Shown here piece after piece: positions 1-13,028 of a DNA stretch of 64,000 nt. The DNA comes from Octopus sinensis (taxonomy: Eukaryota), in NCBI RefSeq assembly GCF_006345805.1, contig NC_043011.1, forward strand, positions 11,532,001 to 11,596,000. The letters run 5' to 3'. The position numbers were made by a program, and so were the translations under genes. Below the pieces are notes generated by a model. That model did not search any database, had not been told where the DNA came from, and was given only the letters and a program-made list of their open reading frames with translations. Numbering within the stretch: position 1 is the first letter of the stretch; the number at the start of each line of letters is the position of its first letter.

Positions 1-289
1 TTGTGCAAAGCTGCTTCTATATACTGAAATACAAGAGAGCTCAATGCTTTGCCGTTGTTGTAGATCAAACCTGATAGAGCTGACTTATAGCAGGTTAAAT
101 GGTATGATCTAGAGTTCCAACACTTCATCTGATTTTGTAATAGGTTAGAGTATGGATGAAGTGTAAAATTCAAAGCATGTCATGTTGTTTAGTCTTGTGT
201 GCTGGTTGATGGTCAAAGAGTAAGAAGAAAGGTCTTAGTCAAAATGTGTTAGTTCCAGTTCCTTAGTATTTGTCTATGTTTTTTTTTTT

Positions 290-596
290 TGTTGTTTGTT
301 CCTTCTCGAGCCATGCCTGGCTCATAAGGGCTGGTTTCCCGGTTTCCTTGGCGTATAGGTTCCCCACCTGGATGGGATGCCGGTCCATCGCAGGTGAGCT
401 GCAAGCTGCACGAGGAAAGAGTGAGAGAAAGTTGTGGCGAAAGAGTCAACAGAAGTTTCGCCATTACCTTCTACCGGAACCACATGGAGCTTAGGTGTTT
501 CGCTCATAAACACACACATCGTCCGGTCCAAGATTCGAACCCGCGATCCCTTGACCGCGAGTCCGCTGCTCTAACCACTAGGCCATGTGCCTCCAC
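290..596 (-). mobile_element. tRNA-derived SINE, family D
   Basis: Minus strand has A box TGGCCTAGTGG and B box GGTTCGAATC, with an (ACAA)-rich tail; similar copies at 15215 and 44592. Confidence 0.85.
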
Positions 597-1023
597 AGTA
601 TTTGTCTATAGTAGTGTGCATCCCAGTAGAGGGATTGAGTGAATGTTATGGATGCTAATGCTATTTTTGAATGCATATGATTTTTTAATAATTTTCTTGG
701 CTGAATGGGAAAAGATAGTGTTTTGAAGTTTTATAATTATGCTTGGTGTTTGGCAGAAGAGTGACCATGTAGTAGCAGAATGTAATTTACTGCAGTAAAA
801 GCTGTGCTCATGCATATCCAGGTAGGTTCTTCCCTTTTGAGTTTCTATGTTTTACAGTATAGATAGCTAATGAGCAAGATCTATTTTGCAGCCTTTGATC
901 AGGTGAAGTGCACCATTTTTTTAATGCAATTTTTGTATAACAGTTGTTGTTCTTAGTCTTGAGCAAACTTATGTTTGTTTACTTTTTTTTATTTAATTCT
1001 ATCCCCTAATATAGTTGTGATAT

Positions 1024-1412
1024 CTGTGCCGGTGGCACATAAAAAGCACCATCTGAATATGGCCGATGCCAGCGCCGCCTTGACTGGCTTCTGTGCCGGT
1101 GGCACATAAAAAGCACCATCCGAATATGGCCGATGCCAGTGTCACCTTGACTGGCTTCTGTGCCGGTGGCATGTAAAAAGCACCAACTGATCGTGGCTGC
1201 TGCCAGTCTCCCCTGGCACCTGTGCCGGTGGCACATAAAAAGCACCCACTACACTCACAGAGTGGTTGGTGTTAGGAAGGACATCCAGCTGTAGAAAAAC
1301 TGCCAGATCAAGATTGGAGCCTGGTGCAGCCATCTGGCTTCCCAGACCCCGGTTGAACCGTCCAACCTGTGCTAGCACGGAAAATGGACGTTAAACGATG
1401 ATGATGATGAAT
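1024..1412 (+). mobile_element. RTE-LINE 3'-end copy (family C) with four ~62-67 bp internal tandem units
   Basis: GGTTGGTGTTAGGAAGGACATCCAGCTGTAG motif and (GAT)n tail; units start at 1024, 1091, 1158 and 1220. Confidence 0.8.
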
Positions 1413-1676
1413 GTGATGTGGATGTTGAAGTTTCTGAGTGTTTGATACAGGTTGAAGCTGTGTCCGGTGAAGACAGGATTGTGTAATTGGAATGCTATAA
1501 CAATTACATATGCAAAGGATGCTGGCATGTGGCAGTGGACTACATTGTTGTCGTTGTATATCTACAAGTCAGCTCAAACTGAGCACACTGATGACATGTA
1601 AGGAGGCAGCCTAATGACTAGGTGTAACTTACAAATAGTACATGAGTGTCACTGCTAATAAATAATGATGGTGGCA

Positions 1677-1908
1677 GTGGTAGCTGGCAGAAACGTTAGC
1701 ATGCCGGGCGAAATGCTTAGCCGTATTTCGTCTGTCGTTACGTTGTGAGTTCAAATTCCGCCGAGGTCAACTTTGCCTTTCATCCTTTCGGGGTCGATTA
1801 AATAAGTACCAGTTACGCACTGGGGTCGATGTAATCGACTTAATACCTATGTCTGTCCTTGTTTGTCCCCTCTATGTTTAGCCCCTTGTGGGTAATAAAG
1901 AAATAGGT
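1677..1908 (+). mobile_element. SINE family B (tRNA-like head plus conserved core GAGGTCGACTTTGCCTTTCATCCTTTCGGGGTCGAT)
   Basis: Near-identical copies at 13488, 40783, 55392 and 57049. Confidence 0.85.
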
Positions 1909-1960
1909 ATATATCTACATGCATCTTGTAATACACTGACTAATAATCAAGCAAGCTAAC

Positions 1961-2082
1961 CTTCATCATTTCTTTAGACATCTCCATCATAGTAGAATTA
2001 ATTTCAGGAATTTTAATCAGAGAATGCATTGCTTTCATCACATCAACACTTTTCTCCAAAGCACCAGCCATGCGTAACTTAG
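1961..2082 (-). CDS. CHMP3: CHMP3 coding exon 4 (gene continues beyond left window edge)
   Basis: TCTGTAG acceptor, GTTAGC donor; (A)KLRMAGALEKSVDVMKAMHSLIKIPEINSTMMEMSKEMMK; 122 nt; the four exons join in frame (408 nt). Confidence 0.96.
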
Positions 2083-2858
2083 CTACAGATAAAGAAAACG
2101 GTAAAGTGGGATAGAAAGTTCATGGAAAGAAAAACTGATTAGATATATCAAATTATTGCAAAACTTTTCTTGAAATTATAAACTACTGTAGACAGAACAT
2201 GTAATGAATTATTATCAACATCCAGCATCGTTACCACAACTGTCATCAACTTTAATAGTCCTGGATTACTAAAGTATTAACATTTTAAACTTTTATTACT
2301 TCTGTATCAATAATAACAGGGGGGCACACCCTGAACACTTTTGATCATAAGTCTACTCAATCAGGATTCCCTGGGGGTAAACAGGGACAACACAGTCCTT
2401 AACATGCAAAATCTAGCCGGTAAATCTCTTCAAATCCTGTCATAGAATGTGATTTTTAAGGAGTTTGGTAACTATTTCTAGCATGTTAAGTAAATGAGGA
2501 CCCCTTATTGCTTTGTCTTTGTAGGTGGCGCAGTTGGTAAAGATAAGCAGGGTATGTTTTATACCACCAGAATGATTATAACGCTTGGGCATTTAAAGAG
2601 CAAAGTTAAAGGCTGCTGCATTATCAGAACCATTCCAGAAGGTTATTAAATCATAGACAATAGAATGAAGTTTGAGAGCTAACATACTGAGGATTCCTTG
2701 TGTTCAGGTGTTCACTTTGCCTGCTCTCAACATGGTTACCATTGAAATTAAAGAGCCTCCAAGTGGACAACAGACCAGCTAAAAATTAGCAAACAGATTT
2801 ACTCCATATCATACCCGACATCTCAAAATGGACCCATTGGATAATATCATTCTAAATA

Positions 2859-3187
2859 TATAGGAGCACTCCATCGGTTACGACAACAAGGGTCCCAGCT
2901 GATACAATCAACGGAACAGCTTGCTCGTGGAATTAGCGTGCAAGTGGCTGAGCAATCCACAGACACGAGTACCCTTAACGTAGTTCTCAGGGAGATTCAG
3001 CGTGACACAGAGTGTGACAAGGCCAGCCCTTTGAAATACAGGTACAACTCATTTTTGCCAGCTGAGTGGACTGGAGCAATGTGAAATAAAGTGTCTTGCT
3101 CAAGGACACAACGCATCGCCGGGAATCGAACTCACAACCTAACAATCGTCAGTCGAATGCCCTAACCACTAAGCCATGCGCCTTCAC
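2859..3187 (-). mobile_element. tRNA-derived SINE, family E
   Basis: Minus strand has TGGCTTAGTGG and GTTCGATTC boxes followed by TGTGTCCTTGAGCAAGACAC; 3' half is shared with 24460-24843. Confidence 0.8.
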
Positions 3188-3405
3188 CATTCTAGATATA
3201 TGATAAGACTAAATAGTTATAGCTGGAACATCTTTAATGATAGGTTGCTCACACAGGCTAAACAACAAACATACAGAAATAGACCAAACAGTGAAAAGAA
3301 CACATGTCAAAACAAAATGTGTTGGAAAGTCTTAAACTAATTGGTTAAATGTCTAAACCAGAACTATGGATCAAACCTGGTGGTTATCTTTCAAATTTCA
3401 TTTAA

Positions 3406-3620
3406 CCCTTTAGTGTTTAAACCGGCCACATCCGGCCCAAATATTCTACATGTTTTATATTTGAACTAGCCATATCTAGCCTCTCACACTTAACCTACAT
3501 TGGCATTCTAAAAATGAATATTCACATCATTGATATTTCAAAGCTATGAGATAATGTATGATTAATTCAAAACAATTTGAGTGAAAAAGTATTACATTTA
3601 ACTGAATAATCTGAACAAAT
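3406..3620. mobile_element. piggyBac-type MITE, truncated
   Basis: TTAA|CCCTTTAGTG terminus; homologous to 26128-26347. Confidence 0.6.
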
Positions 3621-3937
3621 ATAACAAAATAAAGGCACAGCAGTTTTCTCACAGTCTGTTGTATTAAATGGTGCTTACCCAGAGAGAGTCATAGTTGCAC
3701 ATGATTTATGTTCAGAAGTTTTATTCAATTGATAGCCTACAGTGTTACATTGAACTAATGGCCACCTTAAACAAACCCTTTTATGTGCATGCACTCAAAA
3801 AGCATGCAATAATATTTGCAGAACAATGACATTTGGAAATTAACTGATCATTTCATTATTCAATAACTGCAGCTAACACCGTTTATTATAGAAGCATCAG
3901 TACTAAGCAGTAATGAAGAATAAATGCACTTTAGATT

Positions 3938-4130
3938 AGTTGCGGATCCGTGGAATAAGCTGCCGGATGAGATAGTGAAGATGCCGACAACCGCTCGGTT
4001 CAAAGTCTCTCTTGACCAGAAATGGCCTGAACTCTTTGTATGACCACCCTCCCTGTCCCCCTACATGGCCTTGCTTTTGCTTTTTGAGCCAATAAGAATT
4101 GAATTGAAATTGAAAAAAAAAATTGAATTA
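3938..4130 (+). mobile_element. CR1/L2-group LINE 3' end
   Basis: Translates DPWNKLPDEIVKMPTTARFKVSLDQKWPELFV*, the WNxLP motif of the LINE ORF2 C-terminus; (GAATT)-like tail. Confidence 0.7.
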
Positions 4131-4670
4131 AAAATATGCTTGTGACATATTTTAACTTCTAAAGGCAAATTTACTGCAGTTACTATGAAGAAAAATTCTT
4201 TCTCACAGTAAAAGGTGTAAAAACATCATATCTAGCACATTTCTGGCTCTTTATCCTTCCTGAATGGGAAATACTGAAGAGAGATAACCCTGGACAGATT
4301 CAAATCCATAGCTTTATCTAAATAACAGTCAACATCAGTGACCAAGTTGTGCTAGTGGACCGCCTGGTCAGAATAAAAATAGCTGCATCAGTGCCAAGCA
4401 GTAGTGAAGAATAACAGAACTTTAGGTTAGTTAAAATAGCCACATGTGCACATGGATTTAATATTAGATTTTAAGGGCGCATACCACCAAATTTAAACTG
4501 ACGATAATTTTAAGAATATCCCCACAACTAACACAATTACTGGTTTACTGTGATGGATATAACATTAAAACTGTATGCAACACTGCAAAAAGGATATAAA
4601 GAATAAGATGTTTATCAGGATATGCACAACAATCTGAGATAATCTGAATTAAAGTCAATATTAAAGTCAA

Positions 4671-5079
4671 TAGGCGCAGGAGTGGCTGTGTGGTAAGTAG
4701 CTTGCTTACCAACCACATGGTTCCGGGTTCAGTCCCACTGTGTGGCACTTTGGGCAAGTGTCTTCTACTATAACCTCGAGCCGACCAAAGACTTGTGAGT
4801 GGATTTGGTAGACGGGAACTGAAAGAAGCCTGTCATATATATGTATATATATATGTGTGCGTGTTTGTGTGTCTGTGCTTGTCCTCCCAACATCGCTTGA
4901 GAACTGATGCTGGTGTGTTCATGTCCCCGTAACTTAGCGGTTCGGCAAAAGACACCAATAGAATAAGTACTAGGCTTACAAAGAATAAGTCCTGGGGGTG
5001 ATTTGCTCGACTAAAGGCGGTGCTCCAGCATGGCCGCAGTCAAATGACTGAAACAAGTAAAAGAGTAAAAGAGTAAGAG
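4671..5079 (+). mobile_element. tRNA-derived SINE, family A
   Basis: GGAGTGGCTGTGTGGTAAG...GGTTCAGTCCC head, internal (TA/TG)n, (AAAAGAGT)n tail; more than 14 copies in the window. Confidence 0.9.
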
Positions 5080-6330
5080 TATTGTGTTGGGTCACTTGAA
5101 AGAAATGGGCATGACTATAAATTTGGAAAATGCAGGTGCTAATAAGATATATTCTATTTCAAAGGTAAGTATTTCTGTAGATCAATGCTTAATCCAGAAA
5201 ATTTTATACATTAAGACCTTATTTACAATGAGTTAGGTTTCTTTTAAGAATGTTTAATTTTTATGTTTATTTTTTGTTAAAATACTCAGGAATGACCAAA
5301 CTGTCTGCAATTTTATGGAGAAAAAAAATGAAAAAAAATGCTGAGTGTAGTAGGACAATCTTCAAACAGTATTTGATAATTTTAAAAATTGCCTTAGTAG
5401 AGAATCTTGTTGAGCACACTGTTGATGACAACGAAGATGCTAGTGAGAATTCTATGTCAGGCATTTTATCACACAACAACACCCAGTATTGTAGTTATCA
5501 AGAAAATTAGCCACTTCTGAATCTCTAATTATTCAACATCAAAAAGGAAGCTTTAAGCAATTATCTAGATTACAAACTGCATTTATAATTTTTTACTTGG
5601 AAAGTTCTTGGTCAGATTTAATAATCCTCGACTTGAATTAATTCATGCAACAAACTTTCAATGGTCACATCTTCAAGAATACTGAGGTGTGTCAAAAGGC
5701 TGACAGCATTTAACTTTGGTATTTCATATGTTAAGTGAAACTTCATTTCTCATTTTGAACTTGTGACTATATTTCATGATAAAAAGATTCTATTAATAAT
5801 CACTTTATTCACTGGTTAGAAACTGATGCATTATACCTTGATAGCTTAGATTGAAAAACATTACACCATCCTCTATTGAGTGAAATTATTTCTAGAATAA
5901 AAAAAATATCTGGAGTTCCAATAAAAAGAGAGACTTTTAAAGACAGTTATAGATTAATGTATAATGTGGTTTATTTTGTAATTGTAATCTCACTGGTGCA
6001 TTTGAAATATTCAGAAAATGAATCATAAAATATAGTCATGATGATGCCCATAGTGAAAGTACTAATATATGCAGTTGTCTCAGACTTGAAGCAAGGTTGT
6101 CTGGTTATTTACATGTTGAAGAGGAGTACATCTAATATATGCTATAAATGTGCTGAAATAAAAAATTGCAGTCCAAAGAGTAACAACCATAGACTCAAAT
6201 ACGTATAAATATTGCTAATAATCCATTGGACAGTTGCTGATAACAGTTAACTTATTTTCAAGGAGAATAAAAATTATCCCTGTTACTTATGGAAACAGGT
6301 TATGCATGAATTTTCTTTCAAAAATAGATA

Positions 6331-6710
6331 TAGGTGCAGGAGTGGCTGTGTGGTAAATAGCTTGTTTACCAACCACATGGTTCCGGGTTCAGTCCCATTG
6401 CGTGGCACCTTGGGCAAGTGTCTTCTACTATAGTGGATTTGATAGACGGAAACTGAAAGAAGCCCGTCGTATATATGTATATATATATGTGTGCGTGTAT
6501 GTCTGTGTTTGTCCCCCCAACATCGCTTGACAGGCGATGCTAGTGTGTTTATGTCCCCGTCACTTAGCGGTTCGGCAAAGAGACCGATAGAATAAGTACT
6601 GGGCTTACAAAGAATAAGTCCCGGGGTCGAGTTGCTCGATTAAAGGTGGTGCTCCAGCATGGCCACAGTCAAATGACTGAAACAAGTAAAAGAGTAAAAG
6701 AGTAAAGAGT
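6331..6710 (+). mobile_element. SINE family A (internal deletion)
   Basis: Same head and tail as 4671. Confidence 0.9.
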
Positions 6711-7239
6711 ATACCATAGGTTTTGGTGCCTGGAAATGCTCAGGAACTTCATAAGGGTGATTTTTGTTCTTGGTTAAAGAACAGCGTTGTTTTATAAGAT
6801 CTTTTAAAGAACAGCATTCTTTATAAGATATCTCCATGTCATCCACAAGCAGATGGAATTACTAACATGTAAATGTGATATAAACAACTTCTTGATTCAA
6901 CTGTTCCATAGTTGCCATATTATTATACATATATTACAAAGTCCTGCATTGAAGGAACATCAGATTTGTGCATCAGTGACTGTCGTACACCATGAAGGTA
7001 CAAGTGTGGTATAATAAGAACAATGTTTCTAGACCAAAAATGTGCAAAATTTGTGTTACAAACTGTAAACAGCACCAGAATAAACCTGAAACATCAGTTC
7101 ATACTGATCAAATTAGGAATACACAACCTGAAGCATGTGAATGCTATGACAGTGAAAATGAGAATAGTATAAATAGAATCCATAATAATAGTAGTACCTC
7201 ACCGAAACTGAGGAACACTATCGCTGATATTAAAGTCAA

Positions 7240-7563
7240 TAGGTGCAGGAGTGGCTGTGTGGTAAGTAGCTTGCTTACCAACCACATGGTTCGGGTTCAG
7301 TCCCACTGTGTGGCACTTTGGGCAAGTGTCTTCTACTATAGCCTTGGGCCGACCAAAGCCTTGTGAGTGGATTTGGTAGACGGAAACTGAAAGAAGCCTG
7401 TCGTATATATGTATATATATATATGTGTGTGTGTGTGTTTGTGTGTCTGTGCTTGTCCTCCCAACATTGCTTGACAACCGATGCTGGTGTGTTCATGTCC
7501 CCGTAACTTAGCGGTTTGGTAAAAGAGACCGATAGAATAAGTACTAGGCTTACAAAGAATAAG
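7240..7563 (+). mobile_element. SINE family A, 3'-truncated
   Basis: Ends at AAGAATAAGT with no tail. Confidence 0.9.
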
Positions 7564-7715
7564 TTTACAGTTTGTAACACAAAGACGAGACAGAATGAAT
7601 AAATGAGTAGTAAAACTAAATTAGAAAAAACTGCTTGCTGCCCATGTAGTTTACATTTCAGGGAGATGTGAAAGTTATGACTTGTAATTAAATCCATTGT
7701 TATATTATATATTAT

Positions 7716-8870
7716 ATCGTATAACCAAACTTTTCAAAAAAAAAAACAAATTTATTGAATTATTTACAACTTACAGTTTAATCAGATTTATTCCCTCCAC
7801 TGTTGTTACACTGCTCCCAACATTTTTCCAGTTTTGGAACACATTTTCAGGAATACTGCAAAGTTCTCATGGAATTTTCTTCTATCACTTCTACCTTCCA
7901 AAATAGACAACCTTTGAAGGTGGATTTCAGCTTTGAGAACAAAAAAATGTCTGCAAGTACCAAAGCTAGAAAGTAGAGTGGCTGGGGAACAAAAAAAGTC
8001 AGCTTGGGCTTTGGCCAAAATGTTATGAATAAGGAGTGGCACATGAACAGGCATGTTTTCACGGTGCATCTAGGTTTTATTTGCTCATGCCTTGGATGTT
8101 TTTCCTTTGCACTGCTTCTCTCAAAAGCTTCATGACATGCAAGTAAAACTCTTTATTGATTGGCTGACTATGTGGAACAAACTAATGAGGAGCAATACCC
8201 TTCTAATCAACAAAAGGATGATGAACAACACTTTCATATTTGTATGATTGACATGCTTTTTTTTTGGTGACAGTGTTGATGACCAAGCCTACTGTAACAA
8301 ATTTTTGCTTCAATATTGTAGCTATATCCACTCCTTTCTTAACCTGTTATGACACTATTCAGAAAGGTTTTCTCAGCACTCAAATGATCAACCAGCTCCT
8401 GGTTGTGACTCAGTTCTTTTTGTTCTTCTTTCACCACATATAGCACAAATGTTTGGTAACATGATACATTTTCAATTTTCCTTTTGAAAATCATGCTATA
8501 TAAGCATCCACTTATGCCTATTTCTTCAGAAACCTCACAGACAATCAGGTGATGAGTTGCACAGACTACAACATGCACTTTCATGATGTGATAATTGCCT
8601 GTCATCATGGTAAGTTGTCTAGATTTGGGGTTGTCTTCAGTGGATGTTCGTATGAAATGCTGGTCCCACTCAGGGCATAAACAACTCTCCTTAGGCTTCT
8701 TATAATATTAGTAGGTATCACTATAGAGCACCATACAATGGAGGCAAGCACCATTGGAACACACAAAAACCACACTTTTTGCTTCATCCTTTTCATGACA
8801 AAATAATTTTTTTCCTTGGAAACTTATATATCATTTGAAAGTTCTGAATGTGAACTTTCTTCTCAAACGG
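7716..8870 (-). mobile_element. mariner transposase relic
   Basis: Broken frames give LIVCEVSEEIGISG (HTH), FLNSVITG (VITGDE) and PQPLYFLALVLADIFLFSKLKSTFKG (cf. PQPPYSPDLAPADFFLFPKLK). Confidence 0.8.
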
Positions 8871-9213
8871 TTACATATCATCCCAGGTCCCTCAATTACC
8901 CTGGTATTTCCATGCATTTACAAAGTTTGTCCCCCACTTTTTTTTTTTACTGCTGAACGGTAACCCTCATTCTAGTTCAATGCACTGGAGTGCTATAACT
9001 AGGGCTGTGTTGAAAATCATAGTCATGAAGAGGAATGCTTTTGATTTATTTTGATATAAAAATCGAATGTTAAAAGACATTGTTAATTTTTGATTAGAAA
9101 AGAACATATTTTCTTCAAGATTTTTATATAAGAAAAAAAAGGTTCCTCTCTATTTCAATATGGTCATTGTTAAATCTGGCCACGATATGGCTGAAAAGGA
9201 CAAAGCCAGTCAA

Positions 9214-9628
9214 ACTCTCTCTCTTTTACTCTTTTACTTGTTTCAGTCATTTGACTGTGGCCATGCTGGAGCAGCGCCTTTAATCGAGCAACTCGACCCC
9301 AGGACTTATTCTTTTGTAAGCCCAGTACTTATTCTATTGGTGTCTTTTGCCGAACCGCTAAGTAACGGGGACATAAACACACCAGCATCGGTTGTCAAGC
9401 AATGCTAGGGGGACAAACACAGACACACACACACACACATATATATTTATATATACATATATACGACGGGCTTCTTTCAGTTTCCGTCTACTAAATCCAC
9501 TCACAAGGCTTTGGTCGGCCCGAGGCTATAGTAAAAGACACTTGCCCAAGGTGCCACGCAGTGGGACTGAACCCGGAACCATGTGGTTGGCTAGCAAGCT
9601 ACTTACCACCCAGCCACTCCTGCGCCTA
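9214..9628 (-). mobile_element. SINE family A
   Basis: Reverse complement of the family consensus. Confidence 0.9.
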
Positions 9629-9873
9629 TACATTTGTCCCTGGCAAGAGGTCAAGTGGAACATAAATCCAAAGCTTCAAATATTGATTTTGAGCTAGAAT
9701 TTCAAGAAATGGACAAACTAATTACTAAGTAAACATATATTTAAAAAAAAAAAAAAAAAAGGCACTAAAATAGGCCCAAACTTAGCATGAATTCATTGTA
9801 TTGAGAATGTTGTTTATTTCCTTTTCGCTGTCTTAACAATGTATCACTAGGTAAGCTTTGTGGATATGCTTCA

Positions 9874-10195
9874 TCATCATCATCATCGTTTAACGTCCGT
9901 TTTCCGTGCTATCACGGGTTGGACAGTTCGACCGGGGTCTGGGAAGCTAGAAGGCTGCACCAGGCTCCAGTCTGATCTGGCAGTATTTCTACAACTGGAT
10001 GCCCTTCCTAACACCAACCACTCCGTGAGTGTAGTGGGTGCTTTTTACGTGCCATCGGCACAGGTGCCAGGGGAGGCTGGCAGCAGCCACGATCGGTTGG
10101 TGCTTTTTACGTGCCACTGGCACAGAAGCCAGTCAAGGCGGCGCTGGCATCAGCCACATTTGGATGGTGCTTTTTACGTGCCACCGGCACAGGAA
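9874..10195 (-). mobile_element. RTE 3'-end copy (family C)
   Basis: (CAT)n followed by GTTTAACGTCCG...GGATGCCCTTCCTAACACCAACC. Confidence 0.85.
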
Positions 10196-10284
10196 AATTT
10201 TTATACATGAAAATTTTTTTTTTATTGTCTTTATGTTTTTAATGCTTAAAGTAAGGAATTAGTTTTCACATCTTGTTTGTCTTT

Positions 10285-11200
10285 TAATCTAGGTCTACAT
10301 ACAATTCTGAGAAAAGTATCAGGTGGTTGTGGAATGTGTTAGAAACAATAGCTAAATCTCCCTTAAATTTCATTTGAAAATATTTTCGAATTCTTTGTCT
10401 TTCAAAATCGTTATGTACAATCTGACAACACAAGATGTTATAAGAAGGGAAATTTATTGTTTACATTATATAAAATTGCAGATAGATACAACCTTAAACT
10501 TTGTACTGGTGTACAAGATGGTAAAGGCAGTATCGACACTCATTTTGCTACAGCTATGAGGTACGTGTATGAGGCAATGTAATATGGGTTTAGATGTTAT
10601 AACTCATGTTGAATTAGTTGATGCCTTAAATGCTAATGACGGTGTAAGTAATACAGTGGTAGAATTGGTTGGTATTAATAGGCCTACTGTTGAACAGTTT
10701 GAACAGGAAATCTTGGAGATAATTGGAAAATTACAAAACATAGGTGATCATATGGAAATACTGTTTGATTCGACAAGAAATTCCACTTCAGTTTATGAAA
10801 ATTCAAACTTAACCATTGACAGCAACATACAACCTTATCAATGGCACTACGAACGATGTAAATGAAGGAAATTGTGAAAGCAAATCTGATGAAGAAGATT
10901 GTGCTTCCAATGAAAATGAAATATTTGATACAGACACAGTTGAAGATATTGGTGTTGTAGAGAAAGGTAGAGGCAGCTTAACAAAATGTATTGTTTATAG
11001 TGTTGAGGGGAATAACCCAGAGAAGCATCATATTGAACTTGCTGTAGCATTAATGATTTGGATATGGAATCAGATGATGAAAATCCTCTTCAATGTCATT
11101 AATGTTGTACGGAATTTGCAACTGCCTACAAAATGGAAATCCATAATCGCAAGGGAGCCTTAAGATAACAAGATTTAATCAATCAAGCTATTGTTTATGC

Positions 11201-11234
<34 letters not shown>

Positions 11235-11800
11235 CAGCATCAATTTGAGGTGATTAATACTAGTTCAAATGTTGAAGAACTTAAGATGTTTGATTCCATT
11301 CATAAAGCGATCCAGCATAATAATGAGTGTTGTGGATTTTAAACAGGATGGGCAAGAACAAGAAAGCACGGTAATAAGTATGGTCGAAAGTATGTGGATA
11401 CATTTAAACAAGAAATTATTGATATGTTTAATTTGGCTAATGAAAACGAAGCTATGAAACGAGGTCCAGGTAAAATGTTAGTGGAACTTAAACATACTGG
11501 GCGTTTGGATTTACCATTGGAAACAGAAATTTGAACTGTTATTTCATCCTTGATAGCAAAGAAAATAAAGAGACAATCGACATTGTATAATGCTAGCCGT
11601 GGAATTCATGAGCCATTCAAGTCAACAGTGCTGGAAATATTTCAGGAAGATCCTAATATTACACCACGCAGGGCATGGGAATTGTTCTAACAAAGACATC
11701 CTCCACACGATGATATATCCATGTATTCAACTGAGGCAAAGATAAAGAACAAAATATCTTCTTTAAAGGTTAAGTATGAGAAAACAGGTGAAATACCATA
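10285..11800 (+). mobile_element. Decayed DNA-transposon transposase, Sola3-like
   Basis: VQSDNTRCY (10421), QDGKGSIDTHFATAMRYV (10520), GLDVITHVELVDALNANDGV and GWARTRKHGNKYGRKY (11346); frameshifts, stops and a (TA)n insertion; superfamily assigned from recalled motifs. Confidence 0.6.
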
Positions 11801-12659
11801 GAGATTTAAAGAAAACATTGTAACTTTTCGGACAATTGACATTTTCAAGAATTTTATAAATATGTGACACAAAATATATAATACTGCAGCTATAGCACGA
11901 TTTTACTGGTTTAGGTCTCTACAAAACTGGGTCAAACTTCCATACTCTGAGTCATGTAACGATTCTTAAAAAAAAAGGGGGGGGAATCCCCGTTAAAATG
12001 GGGAAGCTTATGTGGGCATCCTGATCTAAAACTCATTTACAGCCATTTTCAATAGTTCATTGAAATTTTATTGCAATGGTCTCATGTCCCGAAATCTCAG
12101 GATTTATTTAGTTCTATACTAACTACAAATGTGCCAAAACTCAAGTTGCTGTGGCTCCTACTTTTGGATTTAACTAGGTCTGAAGATACTGTGGAACTGA
12201 ATGTTTATAACATGTAACAAAATAGGTTTTAAACGAATATTTTTAAAAATTGCCCCATAAAAGTTTTTTTTCCAATGACCTGAAAAATAATAACTGCTAT
12301 ATTCATGGTCACTATTAATTTGTCTGATTTGAAGATGATTATCACCTCAGTTTCAAAGATATAACATCACACATATGGTTAATTATTCATTTAGGCCAAT
12401 TAGGCAAGATTTCAACTAATTTGCTGATCATTGAAATTGTCACATTTCCTAAAATATTCGTCCAAATTTCACAAATTACATATCAAAATATTTCTTTTTG
12501 GATGCTCTCTAAGAAAAAGTGCAGTAGAAATTATAAGGTTGAGTAAAAAGTAAGCAACATTTTGAACCATGAAGAATTTGTACTGGAATTTTGCAGAGTT
12601 TTGAATATTTTTTAAACATTTTTTTGTAATTGTCTGATAATGCAGACATCAATAAATGC

Positions 12660-13028
12660 ATACTCTTTTTACTCTTTTACCTGTTTGTCATTTGACTGTG
12701 GCCATGTTGGAGCACTGCCTGTAGTTGAGCAAATTGACCCCAGGACTTATTCTTTGTAAGCCTAGTACTTATTCTATCAGTCTCTTTTGCCAAACCGCTA
12801 AATTATGGGGACAAACACAGACACACAAACATACACACACATATATATATATACATATATATGACAGGCTTCTTTCAGTTTCCATCTACCAGATCCACTC
12901 ACAAGGCTTTGGTCGGCTCGAGGCTATAGTAGAAGACACTTGCCCAAGGTGCCCCGCAGTAGGACTGAACCCAGAACCATGTGGTTGGTAAGCAAGCTAC
13001 TTACCACACAGCCACTCCTATGCCTACG
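12660..13028 (-). mobile_element. SINE family A
   Basis: Reverse complement of the consensus, internal deletion. Confidence 0.9.

Noticed and set aside
290-596. tRNA genes (A/B boxes here and at 2859, 15215, 24460, 44592)
   Set aside because: The tRNA-like heads continue into SINE bodies with tails and TSDs; no complete acceptor stem is evident
1024-1250. CRISPR-like array of ~67-bp units
   Set aside because: The units are whole tandem repeats with no unique spacers, sit inside a LINE 3'UTR, and the DNA is eukaryotic with no cas genes
1-1960. CHMP3 exons 5-6 (AGIIEEM...)
   Set aside because: No matching minus-strand peptide with splice sites found; they presumably lie left of the window
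4545-4757. Recurrent ORFs such as MPKVP(H/R)SGTEPGTMW and MAVFLQLDALPNANHS
   Set aside because: Incidental reading frames of SINE-A and family-C repeats, recurring wherever the repeat does
6710-7200. Cys-containing ORF pieces between SINEs
   Set aside because: No coherent domain or splice pattern in any frame
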